Assembly (NCBI GenBank): GCA_963767005.1
Contig: CAVYCN010000002.1
Span: forward strand, 480,001 to 544,000
Length of the DNA stretch: 64,000 nt
From: an uncultured Actinomycetes bacterium
GTDB lineage: Bacteria > Actinomycetota > Thermoleophilia > UBA2241
Reading direction: 5' to 3'
Shown: positions 1 through 9,882 of the stretch, one piece after another
How positions within the stretch are numbered: position 1 is the stretch's first letter
How the letters are laid out: each line of letters opens with the position of its first letter
Made by a program: the position numbers and the translations under genes
Notes under the pieces: model-generated
Told to the model about the DNA's origin: nothing
What the model saw: the letters and a program-made list of their open reading frames with translations, nothing else
Database searches by the model: none

Positions 1-184
1 TCTCGAGGACGCTGTGCAGGGCGACGGTGAGCTCGACCGCCCCCAGGCTGGCCGCCAGGTGGCCGCCCACCTCGCTCACGCACGACAGGATCGCCTCGCG
101 TATCTCGTCGGCGAGTCCCTGAAGTTCGGCGATCGACAGTGAGTGCAGGTCGGAGGGACCGCAGATACGCAGCAGCTGGTCCAT
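1..184 (-). CDS. dxs: 1-deoxy-D-xylulose-5-phosphate synthase, N-terminal part (runs off window)
   Basis: Manual translation from ATG at 184: [57 protein letters not shown]; [13 protein letters not shown] is the DXS signature; follows ispA. Confidence 0.93.
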   Translation of the reverse strand, partial: MDQLLRICGPSDLHSLSIAELQGLADEIREAILSCVSEVGGHLAASLGAVELTVALHSVLE

Positions 185-314
185 TGGCCACGGAGTATAC
201 CACCCGGGCCGCCGGCCACGCCCGGCGACCGTTCGCACGCAGGGATCTCCGCGTGCGACCGCCGCAGGCGGCGCGCGACGGGCGACCCGGCCGGCGCCCG
301 CCGGGGCCGAGCCT

Positions 315-1253
315 CTAGGAGCGCCGCAGGTAGATGTAGTCGGCCACCGCCGCGAGACTGCCGACGTCGCCGCCCAGCTCGGCGAGGCGGGCCCGAGCGC
401 GAGCGTGGCTCTCGCCGGCGAGACGACGGGCCCCCTCGAGCCCATGACGCGAGACGTAGGTCGTCTTGGCCTGACGCTCGTCCTTGCCGGCCGTCTTGCC
501 GAGCGCCGCGGCGTCGCCCTCGACGTCGAGGATATCGTCGACGATCTGGAACAGCAGGCCGATCTCGCGGGCGAAGGCGCGGTGGAGCTCGAGGTCGTCC
601 CCCTCCGCCCCGCACAGCAGGGCGCCGCCGGCCACCGACGCCTCGATCAGGCGGCCGGTCTTCAAGGAGTGCAGCAGGCGCAGCTCGTCGTCGCGCCCGG
701 CCGTGGCGGCGACGTCCATGTACTGACCACCGACCATGCCCCGCACGCCGGTGGCCCACGCCACCTCGGACAGGGCCGCCACCAGGCAGGACGGCGCGGC
801 CTCCTGACGGTCGGTGATCAGACGGAAGGCCTCGGCGAACAGGCCGTCGCCGGCGAGGATCGCGATGTCCTCGCCGAAGACCACATGGCAGGTCGGCCGG
901 CCGCGCCGCAGGCTGTCGTCGTCGATCGCCGGAAGGTCGTCGTGGATCAGTGAGTAGGTGTGGATGAGCTCGAGCGCCGCCGCGAAGGGCAATACACGCC
1001 GCGGGGGCTCGCCCAGACGCTCGGCCACCGCCAGACAGAGGACCGGCCTGATGCGCTTGCCGCCGGCCAGCAGCGAATAGCGCATCGCGTCGACGAGCGG
1101 CCGGGCCGGCGGCGCCGCCCCGAAGTCGAGCTGCTCGAGGTACTCCTCGACGAGGGTGCGCAGGCGGTCGGGATACGAAGCGCCGGGGCGGCCGGCCGCC
1201 CCGGCAGCGGCCCGCGGCGGCCCGGGGTCGTCGCCCACGCCCGTCCGGCTCAC
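315..1253 (-). CDS. ispA: Polyprenyl (farnesyl/geranylgeranyl) diphosphate synthase
   Basis: [22 protein letters not shown] and [16 protein letters not shown] motifs. Confidence 0.95.
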   Translation of the reverse strand: MSRTGVGDDPGPPRAAAGAAGRPGASYPDRLRTLVEEYLEQLDFGAAPPARPLVDAMRYSLLAGGKRIRPVLCLAVAERLGEPPRRVLPFAAALELIHTYSLIHDDLPAIDDDSLRRGRPTCHVVFGEDIAILAGDGLFAEAFRLITDRQEAAPSCLVAALSEVAWATGVRGMVGGQYMDVAATAGRDDELRLLHSLKTGRLIEASVAGGALLCGAEGDDLELHRAFAREIGLLFQIVDDILDVEGDAAALGKTAGKDERQAKTTYVSRHGLEGARRLAGESHARARARLAELGGDVGSLAAVADYIYLRRS

Positions 1254-1504
1254 GTCGGCCGGCCGGTCTCTTCGAGCAGCCGGGCGGCCTCGTCGGCGAG
1301 CTCGGCCGCGCGCTCGAAGAGGCTCATCTCGATGTCGGTCGAGCCGACCTGGCCGGCGCGCTCCTCGAGGTCGCGCAGCTCGGCGGCGATCTCGCGGACC
1401 CGGCCCAGGACGGTGTCGTCGCCCCTGCGACCGGTGTTCGCGGCGCCCGCCTGCCGGCGCGGCGTGACGCCCTCCGCCCCGTCCCGTGGGCCCGCTTCGC
1501 TCAT
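1250..1504 (-). CDS. Small coiled-coil protein, possibly a divergent exonuclease VII small subunit
   Basis: ATG overlaps nusB stop and its stop overlaps ispA start; helical 'LRDLEE...SLFERAAELADEAARLLEE'; occupies the usual xseB position, but xseA is absent. Confidence 0.55.
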   Translation of the reverse strand: MSEAGPRDGAEGVTPRRQAGAANTGRRGDDTVLGRVREIAAELRDLEERAGQVGSTDIEMSLFERAAELADEAARLLEETGRPT

Positions 1505-1947
1505 CTCAGATCTCCTTTCGCGTCGCCGCGCGCCTCGGGACCACCGCCCGAGCGCAGGGCGCCGGCCAGGATGCCGTTCACGAGGGCGGCGGCCTCGTCG
1601 GTCGAGTACCGCTTGGCGAGGCGCACGGCCTCGTCGATCGCGACCTCGGCCGGCGTCTCGCCGCTGCGCAGCTCCCACAGGGCGAGGCGCAGGATGCTAC
1701 GCTCGACCGGCGCGATGCGCGCGAGCGGCCAGGCCGGCGAGTTGGCGCCGAGCTCGCTGTCGAGCGCGACCTGGCCGGCGATCACGCCGGCCACGCTGCG
1801 CTCGGTGAACTCGTCGAGGCGATAGCCCTCGCTCTCGGCGCGCCGCTCGAGCAGCGTGGCGACCGGCGTGTCGGTCACCTCGCGCTGGTAGAGGACGAAC
1901 ACCGCGTCACGCCGCGCCTGCTTGCGGCTCGGTCTGCAAGGGGTCAC
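1501..1947 (-). CDS. nusB: Transcription antitermination factor NusB
   Basis: SRKQARRDAVFVLYQ, ERSILRLALWEL, VAIDEAVRLAKRY, VNGILA; start re-called at GTG 1947. Confidence 0.93.
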   Translation of the reverse strand: MTPCRPSRKQARRDAVFVLYQREVTDTPVATLLERRAESEGYRLDEFTERSVAGVIAGQVALDSELGANSPAWPLARIAPVERSILRLALWELRSGETPAEVAIDEAVRLAKRYSTDEAAALVNGILAGALRSGGGPEARGDAKGDLR

Positions 1948-1958
1948 GGTCGCGGCCG

Positions 1959-3791
1959 TCAGACGGACTCGATGGCAAACAGCGGCTGACCGTACTCGAC
2001 CGCGGCGCCGTTGTCGGCCAGCACCTCGCGCACCACGCCGTCGACGTCGGACCCGAGCTCGTTCATCAGCTTCATGGCCTCGAGGATGCACAGCGTCTGG
2101 CCGGCCGTGACGATGTCGCCGACCGACACGAACGGCTCGAGAGCGGGCGAGGACGCCCGGTAGAACGTGCCGACCATGGGCGAGCGCACCAGGTGGAAGC
2201 CGTTGGTGTCGGGCGCAGCCGGCGGGCCGGCCGCCGCGCGCGGCGCCGCGCGCTCGCCCTCGGGCGGCTCGGGCGGCGTCTTGCGCACGGTGATCCGCAC
2301 GTCGCCTTCTTCGAGGATGAGCTCCTGGAGGTCGCTCGCCTCGACCATGGCGATGATGTCCTTCACGCGATCGGCGCCCGCCTCGCTCGTCGCGCTCTGC
2401 ATCTGCGAGCTGAGGTAGGTCGGCACCTCGGTGCCGAACACGTCGTGCTCGGGACCCAGGCGGTGCCGCTCGAGGTAGGTGCGCGCGGTCTGCGGGAACA
2501 GCGCGAAGGAGAGCACGTCCTCGGCGGAGTGGGCGAGGTCGCCGATGCCCGCCCGTGCCTCGTCGAGCTCGTCCTCGACGAGCTCGGCCGGCCGCATGGT
2601 GATGGGCCGCTCGTCGCCCAGCACGCGTTCGACGATCTCGGCCGAGACCGCTCCCGGCGAGGCCCCGTAGCGGCCCCGCAGGTATGCCTTCATTTCGTCG
2701 GGCACGATGTGCCAACGCTTGCCCGACAGCACGTTGAGCACGGCCTGCGTGCCGACGATCTGCGACATGGGCGTGACGAGCGGCGGAAAACCGACCTCGG
2801 CGCGCACCACGGGGATCTCCTCGAGGACCTCGGGCAGACGGTCGAGCGCGTTCTGCTCCTTGAGCTGGCCTTCGAGGTTCGAGATCATGCCGCCCGGCAC
2901 CTGGTGGGAGTACACCTGCATGTGCGTGAGCGACGTCACGCCACGATCGAAGCCCCCTTCGATGCGCACCGTCTCGAAATACTTGGCGATCGCGAACAGC
3001 TTCTCGAGGTCGAGCTCGGTGTCGTACGGGGTGCCGATCAGGGCCGTGACCACCATCTCGGTCGCCGGCTGCGAGTTGCCGAAGGCAAGCGGCACGGTCG
3101 CCGTGTCGATCACGTCGACGCCGGCCTCGATCGCCTTGAGATAGGTCATGGGAGCGAGGCCGCCGATGTAGTGGCAGTGGAGCTGGATCGGCACCGACAG
3201 CTCGCTCTTCATGCGGGTGATGAGCTGCTCGGCGTAGAAGGGCGACAGCAGGGCTGCCATGTCCTTGATGCAGATCGAGTCGGCGCCCATCTCGACGAGG
3301 CGGCGGGCCACGTCGAGGTAGTGATCGAGCGAGTGTACCGGCGAGATCGTGTACACCACAGCCGCCTGGAAGTGCTTGCCGGCTTCCTTGATCGCCGCGG
3401 CCGCGGTCTCGAAGTTGCGCGTGTCGTTGAGCGCGTCGAAGACGCGGAAGATGTCGATGCCGTTGTCGGCGGCGCGTGCCACGAACTCGCGCACGACGTC
3501 GTCGCCATAGTGGCGATACCCGACCAGGTTCTGGCCGCGCAGCAGCATCTGCAGCGGCGTGCGATGCACGTGGTTACGGATCAGCCGGAGGCGCTCCCAG
3601 GGATCCTCGTCGAGGAAGCGCAGACAGGCGTCGAAGGTGGCGCCGCCCCAGCACTCGATCGAGTGATACCCGACCTCGTCGATCCGCTCGAGGATGGGCA
3701 GCATCTGAGCGGTGCGCATGCGCGTGGCCCACAGCGACTGATGGGCGTCGCGCAAGGTCGTGTCGGTGATGCCGATCCGCCTGGCCCGCAC
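1959..3791 (-). CDS. Pyruvate/oxaloacetate carboxyltransferase fused to an AccB-type biotin carboxyl carrier
   Basis: DTTLRDAHQS, WGGATFD, CIKDMA, HQVPGGM, LVTPMSQIVG; C-terminal SPMVGTFY and EAMKLMNE biotinyl-lysine motif. Confidence 0.9.
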   Translation of the reverse strand: MRARRIGITDTTLRDAHQSLWATRMRTAQMLPILERIDEVGYHSIECWGGATFDACLRFLDEDPWERLRLIRNHVHRTPLQMLLRGQNLVGYRHYGDDVVREFVARAADNGIDIFRVFDALNDTRNFETAAAAIKEAGKHFQAAVVYTISPVHSLDHYLDVARRLVEMGADSICIKDMAALLSPFYAEQLITRMKSELSVPIQLHCHYIGGLAPMTYLKAIEAGVDVIDTATVPLAFGNSQPATEMVVTALIGTPYDTELDLEKLFAIAKYFETVRIEGGFDRGVTSLTHMQVYSHQVPGGMISNLEGQLKEQNALDRLPEVLEEIPVVRAEVGFPPLVTPMSQIVGTQAVLNVLSGKRWHIVPDEMKAYLRGRYGASPGAVSAEIVERVLGDERPITMRPAELVEDELDEARAGIGDLAHSAEDVLSFALFPQTARTYLERHRLGPEHDVFGTEVPTYLSSQMQSATSEAGADRVKDIIAMVEASDLQELILEEGDVRITVRKTPPEPPEGERAAPRAAAGPPAAPDTNGFHLVRSPMVGTFYRASSPALEPFVSVGDIVTAGQTLCILEAMKLMNELGSDVDGVVREVLADNGAAVEYGQPLFAIESV

Positions 3792-3818
3792 GGCGTGTCT
3801 CCTGCCCTCGTTCCCGCG

Positions 3819-4385
3819 TCAGACGCGGGTGATGTACCCGCCGGTGCGCGTGTCGACGCGCACGCGCTCGCCCTGCTCGATGAACAGCGGCACCTGGATG
3901 CTCACTCCCGTCTCGAGCGTGGCCGGCTTGGTGCCCCCCTGGGCCGTGTCGCCCCGCAGCCCCGGCTCGGTGTGCGTGATGGTGAGCTCGACGTGGTTGG
4001 GCGGCTCGACGGCGGCGGGCTCGCCGTTCAGCGACAGAAGCAGGACCTCCTGGTTCTCGGCGACCCACTTGAGCGCCTCGCCGGCCATACCGGGGTTCAC
4101 CGACACCTGCTCGTAGGTGCCGGGGTCCATGAGGACGACCTCGCCGTCGGTCGAGTACAGGTAGGTCATCGTGCGCGACTGCGTGTGGATCCTGTTGAAC
4201 TTCTCGCCCGAACGGAAGGTCCGGTCGAGCACGGCGCCGGTGGCGATGTTGCGCACCCTGGTACGCACGAACGCGCCGCCCTTGCCGGGCTTCACGTGCT
4301 GGAACTCGACGATCGTGAAGTTCTCGCCGTCGATCTCGATCGCCATGCCGTTCTTGAACTGGGCGGTGGACACTACGTCGGCCAT
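3819..4385 (-). CDS. efp: Elongation factor P
   Basis: HVKPGKGGAFVR, PGLRGDT, VPLFIEQGE..VDTRTG. Confidence 0.97.
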   Translation of the reverse strand: MADVVSTAQFKNGMAIEIDGENFTIVEFQHVKPGKGGAFVRTRVRNIATGAVLDRTFRSGEKFNRIHTQSRTMTYLYSTDGEVVLMDPGTYEQVSVNPGMAGEALKWVAENQEVLLLSLNGEPAAVEPPNHVELTITHTEPGLRGDTAQGGTKPATLETGVSIQVPLFIEQGERVRVDTRTGGYITRV

Positions 4386-4518
4386 GGACTCTTCCCCAGG
4401 TCGCTCTCGTTCGAAGGAAGCTGACTGCGACGCCCGTGGCGCGCGCCTGCGGGCGCCCCGGGAATCGGCACATCATGATACACGAAAGCCATCGCGGTCA
4501 CGCCACCGCGCGAGCGCC

Positions 4519-5613
4519 TCAGGCGACGACGCGCAGCTCCTTCGGCGAGCGCGTCAGGCGCTCGCACCCGTTGCCGGTCACTGCTACCGTGTCCTCGATG
4601 CGGACCCCCAGCCGGCCCTCGAGGTAGATGCCCGGCTCGACCGTGATCACCATGCCGGACGCCAGACGGTCGCCACTGCGCCGGCCGACGCGCGGCTGCT
4701 CGTGGATCTCGAGGCCGACGCCGTGCCCGGTGCCGTGTCCGAAGCGCTCTCCGTGACCGGCGTCGTCGATGACGAGCCGCGCCGCGCGGTCGACGGCGCG
4801 ACAGAGGGCGCCGTCGCGCACCGCGGCGAGCCCCGCGAGCTGCGCCCGGAGCACCACCTCGTACACGAGACGCGCCTCGTCACCCACGTCACCCACGGCG
4901 AAGGTACGGGTGATGTCGCTCTGGTAGCCGTCGAGCCGGGCGCCCATGTCGATCACGACGAGGTCGCCGCGGGTGACCACCGCGTCGCCGGGGATGGCGT
5001 GCGGCAGGGCGCCGTGCGGGCCGGCCGCGACGATCGTGGGAAAGGCGAGGTCGTCGCCGCCGGCGTCGTGGACGGCGACCTCGACCGCCCAGGCGACGTC
5101 GCGTTCGGTGCGCCCCGCGAGGCCGGCCGCTACCACCGCCTCGAGGGCCTCTTCGGCGATCGCGGCGGCGCGCCGCATCGTGTCGAGCTCGTCGGGGTCC
5201 TTCACCCGGCGCAGCGCGCTCACCCGAGCGCCCAGGTTGACCAGGCGACCGCCGAAGCGACGCCGCAGGCGGCGGTACCCGGCGTAGGCCAGCACGTCGC
5301 CCTGAAAGCCGAGACGAGGCGCGTCGGCGCCCGATCCTCCCGCCCCCGCCGCCCCCCAGGCGGTGAGGACGTCGGTCACGAGCGCCTCGCCGCCCTCGCT
5401 GCGCACGAGCTCGAGACCGCTCGCCTCGTCGGCCGCCTGTGCCCAGAACCGCGAGTCCGTACAGATGAGCGCCGCGTCACGGCTCACGAGCAGCAGCGCC
5501 TCGTCGCCGCGAAAGCCCGAGAGGTAGCGAACGTCGGCGGGATCGGACACCAGCACGGCGTCGAGACCGCGCGCGTCGAGCAGCAGGCGCGCCCCGGACA
5601 GACGATCGGTCAT
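4519..5613 (-). CDS. Xaa-Pro peptidase (M24 family)
   Basis: DMGA..GYQSDITRT, HGTGHGVGLEIHE, TVEPGIY, GVRIED; start re-called at ATG 5613 overlapping aroQ stop. Confidence 0.93.
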   Translation of the reverse strand: MTDRLSGARLLLDARGLDAVLVSDPADVRYLSGFRGDEALLLVSRDAALICTDSRFWAQAADEASGLELVRSEGGEALVTDVLTAWGAAGAGGSGADAPRLGFQGDVLAYAGYRRLRRRFGGRLVNLGARVSALRRVKDPDELDTMRRAAAIAEEALEAVVAAGLAGRTERDVAWAVEVAVHDAGGDDLAFPTIVAAGPHGALPHAIPGDAVVTRGDLVVIDMGARLDGYQSDITRTFAVGDVGDEARLVYEVVLRAQLAGLAAVRDGALCRAVDRAARLVIDDAGHGERFGHGTGHGVGLEIHEQPRVGRRSGDRLASGMVITVEPGIYLEGRLGVRIEDTVAVTGNGCERLTRSPKELRVVA

Positions 5614-6056
5614 TCGGCCACCACCTCCGCGAGCCGGTCGACCGCTTCGAGATAGCCGTCGATTCCCTTGCCCGACACCCGCACCGCGGCGAGGTCGGCG
5701 ACCACCGACGAGCGGCGCCACTCCTCACGACGCTCGATCGCCGACAGGTGGACCTCGCCGATCGGGCGGTGCACCATCTCGAGCGCGTCGTGCAGGGCCC
5801 AGCTGTAATGCGTCCAGGCGCCGGCGTTGACGAGCAGGGCGTCGACCGGCTCATCGCCGCGGGCGAGCGCGTGGAGCTGCTCGACGAAGCGGCCCTCGTG
5901 ATTGGTCTGAAAGCAGCGCACCTCGAAGCCGCGCTCCGCGGCGTACGCCGTGACGCGCGCGCACACCTCCGGCAAAGTGACGGTGCCGTAGTGTTCCTCG
6001 GCGCGGTAGCCGAGCATGTCGAGATTCACGCCGTGCAGCAGCCAGAGCACCTTCAT
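5610..6056 (-). CDS. aroQ: Type II 3-dehydroquinate dehydratase
   Basis: HGVNLDMLG..HYG, QTNHEG, NAGAWTHYS, EVHLS; ATGA overlap with aroB. Confidence 0.92.
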   Translation of the reverse strand: MKVLWLLHGVNLDMLGYRAEEHYGTVTLPEVCARVTAYAAERGFEVRCFQTNHEGRFVEQLHALARGDEPVDALLVNAGAWTHYSWALHDALEMVHRPIGEVHLSAIERREEWRRSSVVADLAAVRVSGKGIDGYLEAVDRLAEVVAE

Positions 6057-7153
6057 CGCGCGGTCAGCCACGCGATCACCTCCCCCTGCAGTTCGGCCGG
6101 CACCGGGACGCCGGTCACCGGCCTGCCGAGCTCCTCGAGCAGCACGAAGCGTGCCTCTCCCCCTGCCGCCTTCTTGTCGCGCCCGACGAGCCGCGCCACG
6201 TCGGCGGGCGCGACGCCTACGAGGCGCTCGGGCAGACCGGCGGCCGACAGCAGCCGCTGGCCCCGGTCGGCCGCCGCGCGGTCGAGCCCGCGCAGCGTCT
6301 CCGACAGCCGCAAGGCGGCGCGCAGGCCCAGCGCGACGGCCTCACCGTGCGTGAACAGATCGTACCCACCGGCCACCTCGATGGCATGGCCGACCGTGTG
6401 ACCGAGGTTCAAGGCGGCACGCTCGCCGGTCGTCTCGCGCGGGTCGCGCGCGACCACGTCGGCCTTCAGGCGCACGTCGGCGGCGAGGAGGCGCGGGTCG
6501 GGCACGGCCGGCCGTGCCACGCCGGCCTCGGTCAGCGCGAGTGTCTCGCCGCCGGCCAGCAGGCCGTGCTTCACGACCTCGGCCCAGCCGCTGCGCACCT
6601 CCCGCTCCGGCAGCGTGCGGAGCGTCTGCACGTCTTCGACCACGAGATCGGGCTGGTAGAACGTGCCCACGTAGTTCTTGCCCTCGCGAAAGTCGACGGC
6701 GACCTTGCCGCCGACCGCCGCGTCGACCATGGCGAGCAGGGTCGTCGGTGCCTGCACGAGGTGCAGGCCACGCTGGAAGGTCGCCGCCGCGTAGCCGGCG
6801 AGGTCGCCGATCACGCCGCCGCCCAGCGCCACGACCGTGTCGCCGCGTCCGGCGCCGAGCTCGTAGAGACGGTCGTAGAGCGTGCCGAGGAACGCCACGG
6901 TCTTGGTGTGCTCCCCCGCCGGCAGCACCGTGGACGACACTCGCAGGCCACCGCGCTCCAGCGCCCCGGCGGCCGGCTCCAGGTAGTGCGCCGCCACGTT
7001 CTCGTCGCTCACCACGAGAGCCTGCGTGCCGGGCCGCAGGTACAGCTCGCCGAGGCGCCCGAGCAGGCCAGCGCCGATGACGACCCGGTAGGTCGCGCCA
7101 CCGGCTGCGACCGCCACCGAGAGGCTCTCCTGCGCGCTCCGGCTCGCGCTCAC
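6053..7153 (-). CDS. aroB: 3-dehydroquinate synthase
   Basis: GGGVIGDLAGY, PTTLLAMVDAAVGGK, KNYVGTFYQP, LNLGHTVGHA, HGEAV. Confidence 0.96.
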   Translation of the reverse strand: MSASRSAQESLSVAVAAGGATYRVVIGAGLLGRLGELYLRPGTQALVVSDENVAAHYLEPAAGALERGGLRVSSTVLPAGEHTKTVAFLGTLYDRLYELGAGRGDTVVALGGGVIGDLAGYAAATFQRGLHLVQAPTTLLAMVDAAVGGKVAVDFREGKNYVGTFYQPDLVVEDVQTLRTLPEREVRSGWAEVVKHGLLAGGETLALTEAGVARPAVPDPRLLAADVRLKADVVARDPRETTGERAALNLGHTVGHAIEVAGGYDLFTHGEAVALGLRAALRLSETLRGLDRAAADRGQRLLSAAGLPERLVGVAPADVARLVGRDKKAAGGEARFVLLEELGRPVTGVPVPAELQGEVIAWLTAR

Positions 7154-7710
7154 GGCCCGACCGCCGCGATCACGCGATCGGCCACCCAGTCGGGCCGCTC
7201 GCGGCCGGCCATCGTCACGACCGCCGTGGCGACCTCGCGGTAGAGCGGCCGGCGGCGCGCGTAGAGGGCCTCGAAGAGGGCCGCGTCACGCGCGAGCGGC
7301 CGCGTCCCGGACTGCGAGCGCGCGAACAGCACGTCGGCCGGCGCGTCGAGCCAGACGACGTGCGGGAGGCGCGCAAGCGCCTCCCGCACGTCGGCGCTCG
7401 TCACCGCCCCGCCCCCCAGCGCCACGACAGCGCCCGCCCCTGCGGCGGCCTCGAGCTCGGCCACGACGACGGCGCGCTCCAGGGCACGGAAACCCTCTTC
7501 GCCGCGCTCGGCGAAGAGCTGCGAGATGGGGCCGTGACGCTCGGTGACGACGGCATCGGTGTCGACGAACGGCACGCCCAGGCGGCGAGCGACGAGCCGC
7601 CCGACGCGGGTCTTGCCCGCGCCCATGAAACCCACGAGGGCGACGCTCACAGCGCCCGCGCGCGGGCTTGCGGCCCCCTTTGCCCCCATCCGGGACCCGG
7701 CCTCGCTCAC
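7150..7710 (-). CDS. aroK: Shikimate kinase
   Basis: GFMGAGKT P-loop, FVDTD, GEEGFR, LGGG, RPL. Confidence 0.95.
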   Translation of the reverse strand: MSEAGSRMGAKGAASPRAGAVSVALVGFMGAGKTRVGRLVARRLGVPFVDTDAVVTERHGPISQLFAERGEEGFRALERAVVVAELEAAAGAGAVVALGGGAVTSADVREALARLPHVVWLDAPADVLFARSQSGTRPLARDAALFEALYARRRPLYREVATAVVTMAGRERPDWVADRVIAAVGP

Positions 7711-8864
7711 AGCCGCCGGATGCGCTCGCGCAGCGCGGCGACCGCGGCCACGAGCTCGTCGGCGGTCTCGCCGCCGGACCGCTCGAGGACGGCCGCCGCC
7801 AAGCAGAGCGCGACGACGGCCTCGCCGACCACCGCGGCGGCCGGTACGGCGCAGACGTCGCTGCGCTCCACGTGCGCCGCGACCGCCTCGTGCGTACCGA
7901 GGCGCACGCTGCCCAGCGGCCTCGTGAGGGTGGCGATCGGCTTCATGGCGGCGCGCACGATGATCGGCAGGCCGGTCGAGACGCCGCCCTCGATGCCGCC
8001 GGCGTTGTTGCCGGCACGGCTGTAGCCGGCGGCCTCGGACCAGACGATCTCATCGTGCACCTGCGAGCCGGGCCGCCGGGCGGCCGCGAAGCCGAGGCCG
8101 ATCTCGACGCCCTTGATCGCCGGGATACCGAACGCGGCCGCCGCCAGGCGGGCGCCGAGCCGGCGATCGGCCTGCGCGTAGCTGCCCACGCCCGGCGGGA
8201 ACCCATAGACGACCACCTCGAACACCCCGCCCAGCGTGTCGCCCGCCTCGCCGGCTCTGACCACAGCCGCGCGCATGGCCGCGCTGGCGGCGGGATCGAG
8301 ACAGCGCAGCGGGTCGGCGTCGACGCCCTCGAGACCGGGCGGCGACGCCACGACGCCCGCGGTCACGTCGCCGACGGCTACCACGTGACTGCCCAGCGTG
8401 CAGCCTATCAGCGCCAGCAGGCGGCGTGCGACGGCGCCGCAGGCGACCCGTGCCGCCGTCTCGCGGGCGCTGGCCCGCTCGATCACGTCGCGCAGGTCGT
8501 CGTGCCCGTAGAGCGCCGCGCCGACGAGGTCGGCGTGACCGGGACGAGGCACGCGCACAGGCTCGGGCGGGCTCTCGACCGGTTCGACGGCCATCGTCGC
8601 CGCCCACTGCGGGGCGTCGCGGTTCTCGATGCCGAGCGCGATCGGTGCCCCGGTGGTACGCCCATGACGCACGCCGGAGAGGATGGCGACGCGGTCGTTC
8701 TCGATCTCCTGCCGGGCGCCGCGACCGAAGCCGAGCTGCCGGCGGGCGAGGTCGGCGTCGATCGCTGCAGCGTCGAGCGCGAGGCCGGCGGGGCAGCCCT
8801 CGACGATCGCGGTCAGACGGCCGCCGTGCGACTCGCCGGCGGTCAGGTAGCGCAGGGTCGACAT
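7707..8864 (-). CDS. aroC: Chorismate synthase
   Basis: TAGESHG, RPGHADL, ERASARETA, NNAGGIEGG, MKPI, ERSD. Confidence 0.97.
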   Translation of the reverse strand: MSTLRYLTAGESHGGRLTAIVEGCPAGLALDAAAIDADLARRQLGFGRGARQEIENDRVAILSGVRHGRTTGAPIALGIENRDAPQWAATMAVEPVESPPEPVRVPRPGHADLVGAALYGHDDLRDVIERASARETAARVACGAVARRLLALIGCTLGSHVVAVGDVTAGVVASPPGLEGVDADPLRCLDPAASAAMRAAVVRAGEAGDTLGGVFEVVVYGFPPGVGSYAQADRRLGARLAAAAFGIPAIKGVEIGLGFAAARRPGSQVHDEIVWSEAAGYSRAGNNAGGIEGGVSTGLPIIVRAAMKPIATLTRPLGSVRLGTHEAVAAHVERSDVCAVPAAAVVGEAVVALCLAAAVLERSGGETADELVAAVAALRERIRRL

Positions 8865-8907
8865 GGCGACTACCTTACACGCGGGGCCGGAGCCCGCACA
8901 ACGACGG

Positions 8908-8939
8908 CGGGGGCGGGCCGCTGGTGCGGCCCGCCCCCG
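8908..8939. terminator. GC-rich 14-bp stem-loop after the pilMNOP-like operon
   Basis: cgggggcgggccgc-tggt-gcggcccgcccccg perfect inverted repeat; weak U tail. Confidence 0.65.
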
Positions 8940-8967
8940 TGACGTACGCGTGCTGCGCGGTCCTGCG

Positions 8968-9882
8968 TTACTTGTTGACCGTGTCTCCGACGTGGATGGT
9001 GACCTGCACGTCGCCGTGCAGGATGGTGACCGTCTGTGCGGGCGTGTTGATGCCGACGACCTTGATCTGACCCCACGAGGTCGAGATCACCGCGCCGACC
9101 TTGCGCGCGGCGTAGGTGTGGCCGTCGACCACGAGGGTGGCCGAGGGCACGCCGTCGCTCGTCTCGATGCTCAGGGCCTTGATCGTGTGGCCGGCGAGCG
9201 TCGCGCCGGTGTCGCTGCTCACCGAGGAGCTGCTCGAGCTGTGAGCTGGAGCTGCTCGAGTGCTCGAGCCGCCGCTGTAGAGGACGTCGACGACGGTGAA
9301 CAGGTAGGTCGTGCTCGTCGAGTTCTTCTCGAGGGTGACCGTGGTCGGCGAGCCGACGCTGACGTTGAAGGTGGACGTCGTCGAGCCGCCGACCGTGTAG
9401 TCGTTGAGCAGCTTGAACGTGACGGCGTTCGCGGTGATCGCCTTGATCTGCACGATCGCCCCGGCCGGCGGGATCTGGTCGCCGACCTTCTCGTCGTTAT
9501 AGGTGGCGCTCACGTCGCCCGACTTGGCCTCGGTGGTGAGCTTGATGTCGGCCGCCACCGGGGTGGCCTCGGCGGTCGGCTCCGAGGTCGGGCTGGTCGA
9601 GGCGGCCGCGGGTGCGCCGGTCGACTGGATGAACGGATCGCGGCTGTGGAACTGGTCGAGCGTCGGCTGCTGCTTGGCGGGATCGGCCGCCGTCGCGGCG
9701 CTGCCGGTGGACGAGGCCAGCGCGGAGGTGTCGGCCAGGCCGACCGCGCTCGGGTTGCCGGAGCCGGCCGTGCTCAGTGCCGTCGCGGCACCGTGGCCGT
9801 GGGCCGCCACTACCGAGGCCACGGCCAGGGCGGCGACCACCACGATCACGAGCACGACGTTGGACTTGTTGATCGTCATCAT
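8968..9882 (-). CDS. Membrane-anchored PilP-like pilus assembly protein
   Basis: Directly after pilO (ATGA overlap); N-terminal TM helix, S/T/A linker, RDPF motif, two beta-rich repeats. Confidence 0.6.
   Translation of the reverse strand: MMTINKSNVVLVIVVVAALAVASVVAAHGHGAATALSTAGSGNPSAVGLADTSALASSTGSAATAADPAKQQPTLDQFHSRDPFIQSTGAPAAASTSPTSEPTAEATPVAADIKLTTEAKSGDVSATYNDEKVGDQIPPAGAIVQIKAITANAVTFKLLNDYTVGGSTTSTFNVSVGSPTTVTLEKNSTSTTYLFTVVDVLYSGGSSTRAAPAHSSSSSSVSSDTGATLAGHTIKALSIETSDGVPSATLVVDGHTYAARKVGAVISTSWGQIKVVGINTPAQTVTILHGDVQVTIHVGDTVNK

Noticed and set aside
9225-9270. Repeated CTCGAG/GAGCT units as a repeat element
   Set aside because: This is a Ser-rich linker; the short TRAAPAH stretch looks like an out-of-frame Ser run between compensating indels.
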